Source: Squalus acanthias | Taxonomy: Eukaryota | DNA: 64,000 nucleotides | Reading direction: 5' to 3' | Assembly: GCA_030390025.1 (NCBI GenBank) | Contig: CM059431.1 | Span: 112,778,001 to 112,842,000, forward strand | In this document: positions 1 to 12,619 of the stretch, in pieces | Numbering within the stretch: position 1 is the stretch's first letter | Layout of the letters: the number at the start of each line of letters is the position of its first letter | The notes under the pieces: generated by a model | Databases searched by the model: none | Seen by the model: only the letters and a program-made list of their open reading frames with translations | What the model was told of the DNA's origin: nothing | Program-made: the position numbers and the translations under genes

Positions 1-461
1 TGATTCTATGAAAAAGGTTGGAACAGCTTGCATGAAAATTATCCACGACGATCCCTCTTTAGTCACCTGGTCAGAAAATCAAAACACCCTAGGAGAATTA
101 TTTGAATTCAGAATTAAACCCTTTTGGAGGGGGGGGGGGGCGGGCAGTGAGAAAAGCGAGGGGAAGAGACACCAGGCAGATTGATGGACCTTTCACAAAT
201 TTAACCTCGATAGTCTAATTTTTGACAGCTTTTGTCCATAGTCTGCTACGGAACATCCCAATGGATTACTTTTCATTAAGTAGAAGTTTACTGAAAGAAG
301 TTAACAAATCCTAACCTTCTACATAAAACAGTCATCTGTGAAAGACCATCCTTTACAAATTGCGATGCTAATACTACAGCAACTATTATTCCAATACTCC
401 ATTCCCCTCCCCTGAATAAAAACTATTTTATCATTTAGATTACTATCAATTTATTACATAC

Positions 462-558
462 CTGGAAGATTAACTGTGCTTTCTTGCTCCAATGTTTCTG
501 GGTTTATGGACATGGCGGTCATATTATGGTTATTTAAATCCCTATATAGTAAACAACC
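462..558 (-). CDS. MYCBP2: MYCBP2 coding exon 8 (97 nt, GCLLYRDLNNHNMTAMSINPETLEQESTVNLP)
   Basis: Hand-translated; matches human GYLLYRDVNNHSMTAIRISPETLEQDGTVMLP; acceptor aacAG, donor CAG|GTATG; gene continues beyond window start. Confidence 0.96.
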
Positions 559-1283
559 CTGTTCAAATGGACACAAGAACAATTACACCTTGGGATGCTT
601 ATCTTTTTGTCTAAAATAGCTCATTTCAATAACTACAAAGAAAAACACAAGTTAACATTTTTAAGTAAGTATTTCTCTCACCAATGCAAACTCAGATTAA
701 ACACTACACAACTATTTATCCTAGTAAAGCTCTGTAATTAGACATATGTCTGCATATTATCAATTTATTGCTTTAAATGTAGAATCTTTTAGCACAAGAT
801 AATGCATCTTCTTGAAGATGCCTTCCATCATCTAAATTGCAACAACTTAAAATTAAAGATCCAGAAACAGTTCTACACTACAAACTATGAACTTCAAAGT
901 ACACACATAAAATGCAATGTACATTTCAATTATCAGCTTCAAATGTATTCTATAAAGTGTGAATAGACATGAAAATAAATATGTTTGCAGAGAGATTATT
1001 TTTTAAATAAACAAAATAATTTTCACTCCCTCCCAGTGTCCACTGTCATGCTTTCTCCCCTTAATAAATAGATGGCAGGAGAATCAAAGCCACAGGATTT
1101 CTCTACAGTCACCATCAATAAAACACCACAATTGGTTGGCTGGCTGAAATAGGTGTTCTACTTAACAGTACAGGATAGAAATGTCTTGGGGTTTTTCCTC
1201 GACTGATTACTGAATTCAGAAGGTAACAAATGAAACATAAGCACATTATTATATTGAGCTTTCTTTTTAAACTTTTAACTTAC

Positions 1284-1355
1284 CTGTGCAAACCCCAGCC
1301 ATGATTTTCTGTCCTTCCTGTTCCTTATGCGGGAAGTAGAGTTGTACACATGGCC
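1284..1355 (-). CDS. MYCBP2: MYCBP2 coding exon 7 (72 nt, GHVYNSTSRIRNRKDRKSWLGFAQ)
   Basis: Hand-translated; matches human GHIYNSTSRIRNRKEKKSWLGYAQ; acceptor tttttcaaAG, donor CAG|GTAAG. Confidence 0.96.
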
Positions 1356-1421
1356 CTTTGAAAAATGAAATATCTCAGATATAGTAATCTTGTCTGCATT
1401 TAAATAGATAAAAAAATACTA

Positions 1422-1840
1422 CAGGAAACTTTCGTTTATCCGGCACCCAAATATCCGGAATTCTCGCTTAACCGGCAAAAATCATCCTCCGAAAACTCCT
1501 CTCAAATAACCGGCAATGTTGCCGAGTCGCAGTCGAGTCTCCGCGAACGCCGAGTGCTCTGAAAACTCCTCTCAAATAACCGGCAATGTTGCCGATCCCG
1601 AGTCCGAGTCCGCGAACGCCGATTTAGTCAGTAGGGGTACTTTTCAAAAGTGCCACTACTCGGCCTCCTGGCGCTGTCGGAAGTCCGAAACACTGCAGTA
1701 GCAGGAGTTGATTCTCCCGCGCTGCCTGGAGTCTCTTTGTTAAAAATAGCCTCGGTAGATATAACTCTCCGTTATCCGGTACTTTCGATAAACCGGCACC
1801 ACGCCGGTCCCGTCGATGCCGGATAAACGAAAGTTTCCTA
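1422..1840. mobile_element. Tc1/mariner (pogo/Tigger-like) MITE, 419 bp
   Basis: 24-bp TIRs (C/T)AGGAAACTTTCGTTTATCCGGCA, TA on both flanks, repeated subterminal TA(A/T)CCGG motifs, internal ~70-bp tandem duplication, CpG-rich. Confidence 0.88.
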
Positions 1841-2507
1841 TACTGCACATTACATCATACATCTGAAGGAGTCCGTAAAGTACATCCACAGCTTATGTTG
1901 TTTCTCCATAATTTGCAAAAAAAAGTTATATTTTAATAATTGACTCGCTGATCTGCCGTGGCATTGCTCAAAAGCTTCTCTTTCCTTCCTTCCCCTCCTC
2001 TTTCTTCTATACATTGCCCATTCCTTACATTTGCCCTTTTTCCTCTCTCCTCCCATGGAGACCATGAGTCAAGGCTTGGGGCTCCGACCTTAGAGCCACG
2101 GAAATGATCAGAGTCTGCCCGAGAGCAGGGCAGTGGTGTCTCCCGTCATATTTGCCTAAGATTGTCCAGGCCACATGTTCCTCCCCCTCCAAACCCCAGC
2201 TCCATCGCAGCACGCAGCCCACCCCTACATTCTCAGGGCAGGAGAGCGCCAGCAGGAAGGTTGGAGAAATGTCAATGGGTTTACAACTTAAATTTACGAC
2301 ACAAGCCGCCGAGTCCACATTGACACAAACCTCCTTCTGTAGTGTAAATTATGATGATTCTATGATGATACACAATGTGATGAGGAAATCGTTCCCCTTT
2401 TTGATCAAGTCAATTTGTGTCCGTCCCAGAATTACTACATATATTGCTCAGAGTTTACAACTAACCACAATTCCAACTAACTGCAGAAGCAACAGGCATC
2501 TTTATAT

Positions 2508-2941
2508 GGGCAACACGGTGGCATAGTGGTTAGCACTGGTGCCTCACAGCGCCAGAGACCCGGGTTCGAATCTGACCTCGGGTGACTGTCTGTGTGGAGT
2601 TTGCACATTCTCCCCGTGTCTGCGTGGGTTTCCTCCGGGTGCTCCGGTTTCCTCCCACAGTCCAAAAATGTGTGGGTTAGGTTGATTTGGCTATGATAAA
2701 TTGACCCTTAGTGTTAGGGGGGATTAAATATGTGGGGTTATGGGGATAGGATGGGATATGATAGGGGGAATTAAATAAGTGGGGTTACAGGGGTAGGGTG
2801 GGATATGTGAACTGTGGGGATTAAAGCAGGGACAGGGTACTGGATTTGGATGATCAGCCATGATCGTATTGAATGGCGGAGCAGGCTCGACGGGCCGAAT
2901 GGCCTACTCCTGCTCCTAGATTCTATGTTTCTATGTTTCTA
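2508..2941 (+). mobile_element. tRNA-derived V-SINE (shark HE1-like) with CR1-type 3' tail
   Basis: A box TGGCATAGTGG, B box GGTTCGAATC, V-domain TGTGTGGAGTTTGCACATTCTCCCCGTGTCTGCGTGGGTTTCCTCCGG, tail GGCCGAATGGCCTACTCCTGCTCC + (TTCTATGT)n. Confidence 0.88.
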
Positions 2942-5469
2942 TATATAGGCATCACTTGGACATTGATATTTTTACTTTCTTAAATGCCCTCTCTGATTAA
3001 ATTCCTTGCACAGTTTAAATAGGATGGCTTATTTTTATGATTATACTGAGCATATGCTTTAAGGCTAAAAAAAAATATTCAGAGGCATCTACTTCCAAGT
3101 AGCGATTTTGTGGCAGCTTTTGCTCAAATTGAATTTAATTACACCCACTTTTAAAATAACTGAATTATGCTAGACGAATGAAAAAAGTATTCTTCCTAAA
3201 CCCTTGCACCTTGATAAATCTCTCTCCACTTTCAAAAGCTTATTCATAACCCTCTCAGACCACATCTTCTGTCACCGCTCCTAAATTCCTGCTCAGTGTC
3301 AGTTTCCCCAGCTCCCGCTATAAAGTGCCCAGGGAATTTTCACTCGTAAAAGGTGCTATACAAGCGTGCGCTGAAGCTTTATTACTCTACGTAGACCACT
3401 GCAGAAACCTAAAAACACTTCATTTGCACCACCCGCTACTGGCCTAGCTAGCAGACTTGCATTGGTTAATAATTCAGCTTCAGAATGCACAGAACCATGA
3501 TGTCACTTCATGAAATGCATTGATTCCTGGCGCTGTTTCCAGCAGATGAGGTGAGGCAGCCAAAACAAAGTATGATTCAGCTGCTCTACACCAGAATTTT
3601 TTTTTTCCCCAGATTTCATGCTGCAACCAACATAAAGCTTAGTATAATAGGGAAAAATGTTTGATCTCCCTCAACCCTTCCTTCTCCCTCATCTTACTAC
3701 ATTCTTTTCATTTTGTACAGCCACATAAGACTACAGCCTACAATGCTGCAGATGATGATCCGGCAATCCTCCTAAAATACAGTTTAGGCAGCCATATTTC
3801 CTGACTCATTTAGTGTCCCCGGCCCACCACAAAGATCTTCAGTCTGCTAAGAATCTTATTCATTGAAGGGAAAGTAATTGAATAGTTGAAGGAAATTCAA
3901 ACTGTACAGAGCTGCTGAGCCTGCAAATAAACGCAGATCACAATGAAGATTAAAAATAATTCTGTCTTGTGATCACAGATAGCACTGGAACCTTGAAGAA
4001 TACTCCAAGCACTGCTCAGGGAGATGCGGAAAAATCTGACATTTATTAGAGGTCACTGGCTCTTTCCCTATATAAAAAGGAGAATTATGTGCGTAATAGC
4101 GTGCTGCCAGAAACAGTTATGATAAAGTCAGAGGTTCCAAAAATCTGGTCCTGATTGTTGGGAACATGAAGACAGAATAATTAATAGGGCACCACCAAGC
4201 AAGGCACAGACTTCCTATAGTGTAGTACATGATCGAATCCTTGAATACTTTATTATGCTCCCTGCTGTGATCCACCGTCTGATCCCAAGCACTACTGCCA
4301 ATTTCCAAACATGGTTTTCAGTGCACGAAAGCATGGTTATGAAGCCATATAACAAGATATTAAGTGATATGGCAGACTCTCTATGTACATGGCATTACCT
4401 CCCTGTATTATCCCATTCAAACTTTTTTTTTTTTAAAAAGCACCAGATCCTCAATAGTATTTTAAAATCAATACCAAACAATTAACCACACAAATAAAAA
4501 AAGATTGTTCCATCCAAATCATTAAGATATGCACTAACCATCAACTGGAGTATTTATGAACAGTTATACAAATCTGCTGCTTTAACAGATAACAGAAGTC
4601 TTCTGTACTATTATATCCTAGCTATGGCATATCAAAGCACAGTGGAGCTCCTCGAAATAAACAGAGCCTCCAAATGTCATCTTAGCCAAATAATATTGCA
4701 TAGCAGCAAGCATAAAAGTTCCAAAATACACTGGGAAAGATACATGACTAAAAACTGCATGAAAATCATCACGGAGTGGTTTCACTGAGAAGTCTTTTAA
4801 AGCACAAGTCACCACTTCTATTGTGGCTCCTGGGAAGAACTAAAATCCATGACTGAATCGCAAAATACCCCACCAATAATCTTTGCAGTGTAGAAAGATC
4901 CAGGCATGGTTTTGTGAACGTATAGGGCCAGCACACAAGCACCACTCAAACAAATCTCATCCAGATAATACAAGTAGCTCGACATGCTCTTTGCAACCAG
5001 CAAGAGCACAGTTGGCACTAATCCAGCAGTATAAATGCTGCTATCAAATAGAAAACCCTCTGGGCTGGGGTTTCATTCACTACTTCCAAGCATAAGTACC
5101 AAATAACCAGAACATACTGCTGGTACATAAGTCGCATTCCCATTTTGGAGTCTGCCTGCAGTCTAGCGAAGCGGTCAGAGCATTCCTACTGTGTAGCAAT
5201 GAGCTTTCTGCAGGACTGAGCTGTCTGAGCCCTTTCTCCTGTATGTGTAGTTCCCCCACTATTGCCACTCTATTAGTGTGGCAAATGCGACATAAGAAAT
5301 GTACTTTAGTCCAGACCTGGAGTGGAGGGTGCAAGATGGAACACTAGACCAGAGGACATTGCAGAGCTGGGTGAAGTGAGCCATGGATGGATTTGTAGAA
5401 GAGCAGAAGGATTTTCAAATCAATATCCTGGTGGACAGAGAGCTAGTCAAGGTAAGCCAAGATTGAAAC

Positions 5470-5990
5470 AATAACTTGCATTTATATAGTGCCTTTAACA
5501 TAGTGAAACATCCCAAGGCGCTTCACAGGGGCGTTAAAATTTGACACCGAGCCACATGAGATATTAGGACAGATGACCGAAAGCTTGGTCGAAGAGGTAG
5601 GTTTTAAGGAGAGTCTTAAAGGAGGAGAGAGGTGGAGAGCTTTAGGGAGGGAATTCCAGAGTTTGGAGCCGAGGGAGCTGAAAGCACAGCTGCCAATGGT
5701 GGAGCGATTAAAATAGCAGATGCACAAGAGGCCAGAATTGGAGGAGCGCAGAGAGGATGTTACAGAGATAGGGAAGGGCACTTTGGGTGAAAGGAACACA
5801 TTATGGAAAAGAATGCAGGCAGAATTGTGTAAGGTATTGCATGGAAAGCCACAAAGGGGAACATTGGACAAGTTGAGCATGGCAGTGTCAAAGGTATGTA
5901 TTAGGGCTTCAGCTATACTAAATGTAATGCAAGAATAGAGGCAGACAATATTTCAGAGATGGAAACAGGTGGTCATAGTGAAGGACTGGA
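5470..5990 (-). mobile_element. L2 LINE 3' fragment
   Basis: Reverse complement ends TAAAGGCACTATATAAATGCAAGTT; LWNSLP motif in ORF 5482-5880. Confidence 0.75.
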
Positions 5991-6019
5991 TGAACATAAT
6001 ACTCCAGCTGGGGCCGAAC

Positions 6020-7290
6020 TAGTGTTTTATAAAGGTTGAGCATAACCTCCTGGCTTTTGTACTCTATGCCTCTATTTATAAAGCGGTCATGATTGGACTA
6101 TAACCTGGTGTTGTGCGACACCTCTATTTATAAAGCCCAGGATCCCATATGTTTTGTTAATCTGTGCTGCCATCTTCAAAGATTTGTGCACAAGCACCCT
6201 GAGGACTCTGTTCTTGCACCCCCCTTTTAAATTGCACCATTTAGCTTATATTGTCTTCTCATTCTTCCTACCAAAATGTATCACCTCACACTTTTCTGCG
6301 TTGAATTTCATCTGCCCGCCCATTCCACCAGTCTGTCTTTGCCATCTTGAAGTCTATTGCTATCTTCCTCACTGTTTACTATACTTCCAAGTTTTGTATC
6401 ATGTACAAATTTCAAAATTGTGCCCTGGACCTCCAAGTCATTAATGTATATCAAAAACAGCAGTGATCTGGTACTGAACTTTGGGGAACACTGCTGTATA
6501 CTTCCCTCCAGTCTGAAAAACAGCCATTCACCATAACATTGTTTTTTTCTATCCCTTCGCCAATTTTGTACCAATGCTGCTACTGCCACTTCTCTCTCAC
6601 AGGCTTCAATTTTGCTAACAAGTCTATTATGTGGTACTTTATCAAAACACCATCTGAAAGTCCATATACACAACATCAATTGCACTGCCCTCAACCACCC
6701 TCTATGACCTCATCAAAAAGCTCAAATCAAGTTAGTCAATCAGGATTTGCCTTCAACAAATCCGTGCTGGCTCTCCTTTATTAGTCCATGCTTGTCGAAG
6801 TGGCTGTAAATTTTCTTCCGGATTATCGTTTCTAAAAGCTTCCCCACCACTGACGTTAAACCTGGCGATAACAGGCCAGTCAGTTTATCAGTCTCCCCTT
6901 TTTTGAACAAGGGTGTAACATTTGCAATCCTTCAGTCCTCTAGCATCACCCTTGTATTTAAGGAGGATTGGAAGATTGTGGCCAGCACCTCTGCAATTTC
7001 TACCCTTACTTCCCTCAGCAACTTAGGATGCATCCCATCCAGACCGGGTGACTTATCCACTTTAAGTACTGACAGCCTTTCCAGTACCTCTATTTTTATC
7101 TCACCTAGTATCCCAACAACCTCCTCGTTTATCATAGCTTTGGCAAAGTCCTCTTCCTTGGTAAACACTGAGGGAAAGTACTCATTAAGTGCCTCAGCCA
7201 TGCCTTCTGCCTCCACCAATAGATCTTCATTTTGGTCCCTAATCAGCCCACCGCTCCTGACAACCCTTTTACTGTTAATATACCTAACGT
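6020..7290 (-). mobile_element. CR1 LINE ORF2 fragment (degenerate)
   Basis: KSPGLDGMHPKLLREV and FDKVPH..LVSKI peptides, frameshifted. Confidence 0.85.
6085..6120 (+). mobile_element. 36-bp Penelope-like micro-insertion in CR1
   Basis: TTGGACTATAACCTGGTGTTGTGCGAC identical to part of the 22.8-kb element; 16-bp direct repeat CCTCTATTTATAAAGC at 6069-6084 and 6121-6136. Confidence 0.8.
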
Positions 7291-7615
7291 CTCTGTATTT
7301 AGAGACAAGAAGGTCGTCACCTGCATAATCTTTCAATCCATATGTTAACATTTCAATTAAGCTGTTTCAGTCACAAACCACTTTAACTTAATTTCTGAAC
7401 AAAGGTATAGACACAAAGAAAACCATTTTTCACTGAATAAGCAAATAGGTCTTGCCAGTTACAAGTATTAAAACAATCTAATTGCCCCAAACAAACAGCT
7501 AGCTGCAGCAGTTATTAAATCTGGACTGAATCTATCTATCTTATCAAATACACTACAGAGATCTCCCCATTTTCTCACAACGGTTTCTTCTCTGATGGTA
7601 CTCAAATGAATTTAT

Positions 7616-8281
7616 GGGCCGTAATTTGCGGCCCCTATGGGTGCGTACACGCCCGTAAGGGCCTCAAGTTCTGGGTTTAGGCGTGCGCGAAAACCCGGAA
7701 CTTGCGATCTGTCAAGAATCTTCTTGAGATCCTCCGCATCCCCGGGAAAAGGGCATCCGCGGGCGGAGAGCTGACCAGCGAATGCCCGTGAAATTCATAC
7801 GCTTGAGCTTTAAAAGACAGAAAAATATTTTTTCAATAATTATACATTTAAAAACCTGTGAAATAAGGTAAGTTTATTTTTAGCCCCTTTAAAACATGTA
7901 AATTTATTTCAAAAAAAAGTAATTTGTTTTAAATATTTAATTAAATGCCATTTTAATTAATTTTGAATATGTGATGGTTTTTTTATTTATTTAATTAATG
8001 AGTATAGGTATTTTTGTGGGTATTCCCATTCATACTTATGGGGTTTCTGTACATACGGAATTCCAATAAGCATGAATGGGGATCCCCCTTCTGTCATTCG
8101 TTGGGCCGGCCCACGTGATTCCGGGGCGCTTGCGAACCGCGTGCGCCCCTGGGATACATGGGCCTCTACACAGGCCCAGGAACGCAAGTCTCCGTGGCTC
8201 CAGAGGCAAAAGTAAGTCCGTAGATTTTTTGCCGGTCAGAGGCATCCGCCCGCGGGAAGCCTCCGACCGCAAATTCAGGCC
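7616..8281 (+). mobile_element. PIF/Harbinger-type MITE, family A
   Basis: TIRs GGGCCGTAATTTGCGG / CCGCAAATTCAGGCCT; GC arm - AT core - GC arm; homologous to 39900-40587 (inverted) and 19769-20525; TSD not preserved. Confidence 0.75.
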
Positions 8282-8429
8282 TAAGGTTGCACCTTTTTCA
8301 TGATTCCAGTATTTTTTCTTCAAATCTTTTTCAGTAAACAACTACACAAACCAGCACAACTCAAGGTTGCATAAAAAAATAAAGTTCAAGAATAACAACT
8401 GCGAATTGTTTTGATGTAATACTTCACTG

Positions 8430-9070
8430 CCCAATCTGAACAAGTAAAGATGACATTAGATAACTTGGGACCTTGTAAGAAGACTCTGCTTCAGCTTTTT
8501 AGAAATCTTGCTGTTAGGGAAGATGACACCATAGAAAGGTTACAACTGTGATTTCCTCCTGGTTCCTTTCTCTTTCATGAGGGGGTCATTGTAATGTCCA
8601 CGAATCTATTCAATGGCTTGATTGTTGGTCACATGATCTGCTAAATGACTAAAACCCAAGCACACACAAATCTTGAAGATGGAGATACACTACCAACAAT
8701 GTGTGAAAACTCTGGAAGCTGCAATAAAGTGGAAGCTACCCATAAGCGCAGAAACCCTGTACAGTTCTGCATCGACTGCCACATTGAATAGACATTACTG
8801 AGGTTGATGGTTGCAATCCTGAAACCATGGTATGCTGCCTGGTTTTTGCTTCTTGAACAACTTGCTCATACTCCCAAAAGGTTCAGAATAAGCAAAGATT
8901 CTCACATTCTACTGGCCTTGAAACAACACAAAAATCAACAGCAGCACAGGAGTCAAAAATTCCTCCACTCATTAAGAATCAGCTTAGAAACTTCCTCTTC
9001 GATATGACTAATGCCACAATCCCTCAAAGCCAAGATTTCTGAAGTTGCAGGACATAGCCAGAAATTAACC
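8430..9070 (-). mobile_element. Ancient RTE-like LINE remnant
   Basis: Minus strand shows a degraded K.KG.R...NY.GIS.L...KI type RT motif; heavily mutated. Confidence 0.35.
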
Positions 9071-9179
9071 TCGCTTAATGTGCAGAATTTGAAATCTATC
9101 AAAGTGCATGCAAATTCTACAACCTTACAAGAACATTTGAAAAATTGAACTGCCTAATATTACAAGGATACAGTAGTGT

Positions 9180-10162
9180 AATAGTGGAGCCTGAGCGAGG
9201 ACACCGAGGATTTAAGCAGCGGGAGAGCGAGCGAGGCCCAGACTCACCGGCAGCAGCAGCGGCCCTGGGTGGAGCCGAGTGCGGTTTACACAGAGTGCTG
9301 CGAGTTGGGAATTGGTTCTTACTTTACACCAAGGAAAGAGTCCGAGAGCGGGAGCAGTCAAACAACAAGAAGTGCGAAACCGCTAAAGGAGCTGATTGGT
9401 AAGTAGGACCTGGTGAGTATTTCTACAGTCCAGTCTTTGAAGTAAAAGTAAGGTCTCTAGTTTAGAGTAAGTAGTGTTTAAAGGGAATTAAGGTCCCTAG
9501 TGTATTTAATATTCTTCAATTTAAAGGAAGTAAAGGGAGTAAATTAAGGGTAGGACATGGCAGGGCAGCTCGGCTGCGTGGAGTGCTCCTCCTGTGCTAT
9601 GTGGGAAGTCAGGGACACTTTCGGTGTCCAGGGCGAACACATGTGCAGGAAGTGTCTCCAGCTGCAGCTACTCGAAATCCGCGTTTCGGAGCTGGAGCTG
9701 CGGCTGGAGTCACTGTGGAGCATCCACGAAGCGGAGATCTTCGTGGATAGCACGTTTAATGAGGTGGTCACACCGCAGATAGAGTGCACAGGCAGACAGG
9801 GAATGAGTGACCGCCAGACAGAGTAAAAGAAATAGGAAGGTAGTGCAGGAGTCCCCTGGGTCCATCTCCCTCTCCAACAGATTTTCCATTTTGGATACTG
9901 ATGGGGGAGATAGTTTTTAAGGGGAATGCAGCAAGAGCCAAGTCCGTGGCACTATGAGTGGCTCAGCTGCACAGGAGGAGAGGAAAAAGAGTGGGAGAGC
10001 AATAGTGATAGGGGATTCTATCGTAAGGGGAACAGATAGACGTTTCTGTGGCCGCAGACGTGACTCCAGGATGGTATGTTGCCTCCCTGGTGCCAGGGTC
10101 AAGGATGTCACTGAACGACTGCAGGGCATTCTGAAGGGGGAGGGCGAACAGTCAGAGGTCGT
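9180..10162 (+). mobile_element. CR1 LINE 5' UTR and ORF1 (zinc finger plus start of SGNH esterase), 3'-truncated
   Basis: CVECSSCAMWE..HMCRKCLQL zinc finger (9557-9826); IVIGDSIVRGTDRRFCG..VCCLPGARV (9954-10160). Confidence 0.88.
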
Positions 10163-10530
10163 GGAGGGGAGGGAAGGGGAGAACGTTCCCCTAGAATGAT
10201 GATTGATCAAATCTCCTCCTTCATGATGGACCTGCAACTGATAGTCAGCAATACAAGTGTGCTCCTGCCAGGTTTCACCGTCGTGTTTCAGAGGAGGCAT
10301 GCATTAAGTCGGAAGAAAGTGTTAAAATCGGAAAGGCCTCTCAAAAAGGAGATTATAGAGGCAATTAAGTGGTTGTTAAGGGCCTATCCCGCCTCTTAGA
10401 GGCGGGATCAGAAACCACGCATTTGGGGAAATTGCTCGGCGGCGGGATCGGGCCCGCCCACCATTTTTTGCAATTTTAACACCCCACACGCCTCCATTCC
10501 CGCCTCCTCGGGCCTGGCAAAATCGAGCCC
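10163..10530. mobile_element. One end of a Harbinger-type element related to family C
   Basis: Ends TGGCAAAATCGAGCCC followed by TAT, like TGGCAAAATCGCCCCC+TAA at 62491; subterminal CCCGCC repeats; other end not found. Confidence 0.6.
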
Positions 10531-11097
10531 TATGACTATTATAGTACTGGACTGGCAACCCAGAGGTTGCATTCACTATGGGGAACTTTGAAATTGAATT
10601 GGATTAAAAAATCTGGTACATTGTGGGCTGGCACCACTATAAATGAATATGGAAGTCGGTTGATGTTTCTGTCATTCAAAACCCAACTTGCTCACTAACA
10701 TCCTTCAGGAAACAGAACCTGCCATCCCTACCTTATCTGGCCTACATGCAATTCCAACCCTACACTATGTGGCTGACTCTTAATGCCCTATGAAATGGCC
10801 TGCCAAGCCAATCAGTTGTGCAAACAATTGCTATGAAGCAGAGCAACTGGGTATGGCAATAGTGGCACTACCATAAATTGAAGACTTGTTTCAAGAAGCA
10901 ATAGGTTAAAGCAAACAGATGATGGTTAGACAAAAAGAACTGACCAAGCACTAACAGCGCATTTGGCTTAGCCGCAAAATCAGTCTTCTCAGATGTATTG
11001 GTCACTTTACTCATGATATGAAACAAATGTTATTTTCTAATATACACACACTAAACTTTAAAATACTCACAGCGCAAATGTAAAAATGTTTTCTTAC

Positions 11098-11340
11098 CCT
11101 GACTGTTCCACTGTAACCAGAACCAATTTTGTACAATCCATCTTTAGCCAACAGATATAGGAATGAGCCATCACTCTGTAGTAGGCACCAATCATCTTCA
11201 TCTGTAAATATCTCCTTTAGAATCCATTTGTGCATTAAAGCTACCTTCTTTATTCCATTACTGAACCAGTCCTGTATTTGAATTTTTCCAACTAAGACTG
11301 CTTGCACACTCCTTTGGAGAGCATTTAAAATGGTTGGCAC
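11098..11340 (-). CDS. MYCBP2: MYCBP2 coding exon 6 (243 nt, VPTILNALQRSVQAVLVGK...KDGLYKIGSGYSGTVR)
   Basis: Near-identical to human peptide; acceptor cttttAG, donor AGG|GTAAG. Confidence 0.97.
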
Positions 11341-12619
11341 CTAAAAGCAAGTGATACTGAAATATTAAGATGGGAAAGCACACAAAAATGCTTACAATAC
11401 AGAGCTATTAACTGGATAAGCAACCCTGAACAGCAAGCTGCACTAGCTTCATTTGATGCAAGATATTTATTAGATAATGTATCACATGCAAATATATACA
11501 AACAGCATACCTCACATTTGCATTGCACACCTTCAGTGTGGATAAAATGCATACTCCATGAATAATAATGACAAGGAAATAGGCTGACCATTTGATTAGC
11601 CTAGCAAATTCTCCCAATGGCTTGTACCTTCACATACATGTAAATATCTTTTCTTTATAAAATAGGTTTTGCATTAAGCCAATATTTCATATCTCAAATA
11701 TTTTATACCTCAAATAATTTACCAGAACCCATCCAGCACACATCACTAAACTCCATCTCCCAGGACACCTGGAGCAATGAACACAATTAGGGAACCTACT
11801 GACCTTTTTACTACTTCACATTTTAGTCAGGAAACTGGACTAGGCTGTGTAGGGGGTAGCAATGTGCATCTCCAATTTGCTTGGCCTACCTACAGTCCGA
11901 ATGACAGCACTGAAAAGGGAGCAGGAGTGCTACTTCACCTAAACTTTGACAATGTTTTAATACATATTTACATTTGGCAAATTTTTAATTGAATTATTCG
12001 ATGTGAACAGAATACTTTTTTTTGCTGAATTTAACCCCTTCATTAAAAGCATATACAGTACAATTAAAACCCTATCCCCAGAGATCTGTGCTATTGTGCA
12101 AATAACCATTATGGATGGTTCCCATTAGTACAAAATAGCAAAAGGATCTCACATAGGATGTAGTCTGCAAGTAAAATTAGTTAATGCACTGTTTTGTAGT
12201 CTGAGCATTAAATACACATTTACAAAGCTTGATATTTGGTAAAATGAATTTAATTTGTTGTAAGTGTTATCTGTGAGTCAGGAATTCAATACAAGAGAAC
12301 AGTATGTCTAATTTAGAATGATTCTTGGACACTTGCCTAGTTCTTAACGCTCCACAAAGCCAGAGGCTTGAACATTGATCTCATATTTGAGGAGGGTCTT
12401 TCAGCATCCCCTTCACACAAGAGAAAGCTTATTGCGTAGGCGAGCCATCACTCACCTCCAATCTCAGTCACATCCATCTTTCTCTCTTATTACGATTACA
12501 ATCAGTCCTCCTCTGAACTTTCCTTTCAGCTTCCTTCTAACCTCCAAATACACCACCCTACATCACTTCCTCCGTCCTGTGACCGCACTGCATGGAGATG
12601 AAGACTCGTCGTGCAGTCT

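Noticed and set aside
1489-1625. Short direct repeats (also 53629-53718 and 63151-63312) as a CRISPR-like array
   Set aside because: Only two adjacent copies each, no unique spacers, no cas genes, vertebrate context
2508-2590. tRNA-like sequence (also 57240-57312 and 57500-57567)
   Set aside because: These are SINE heads followed by SINE cores and LINE-derived tails, with no complete cloverleaf
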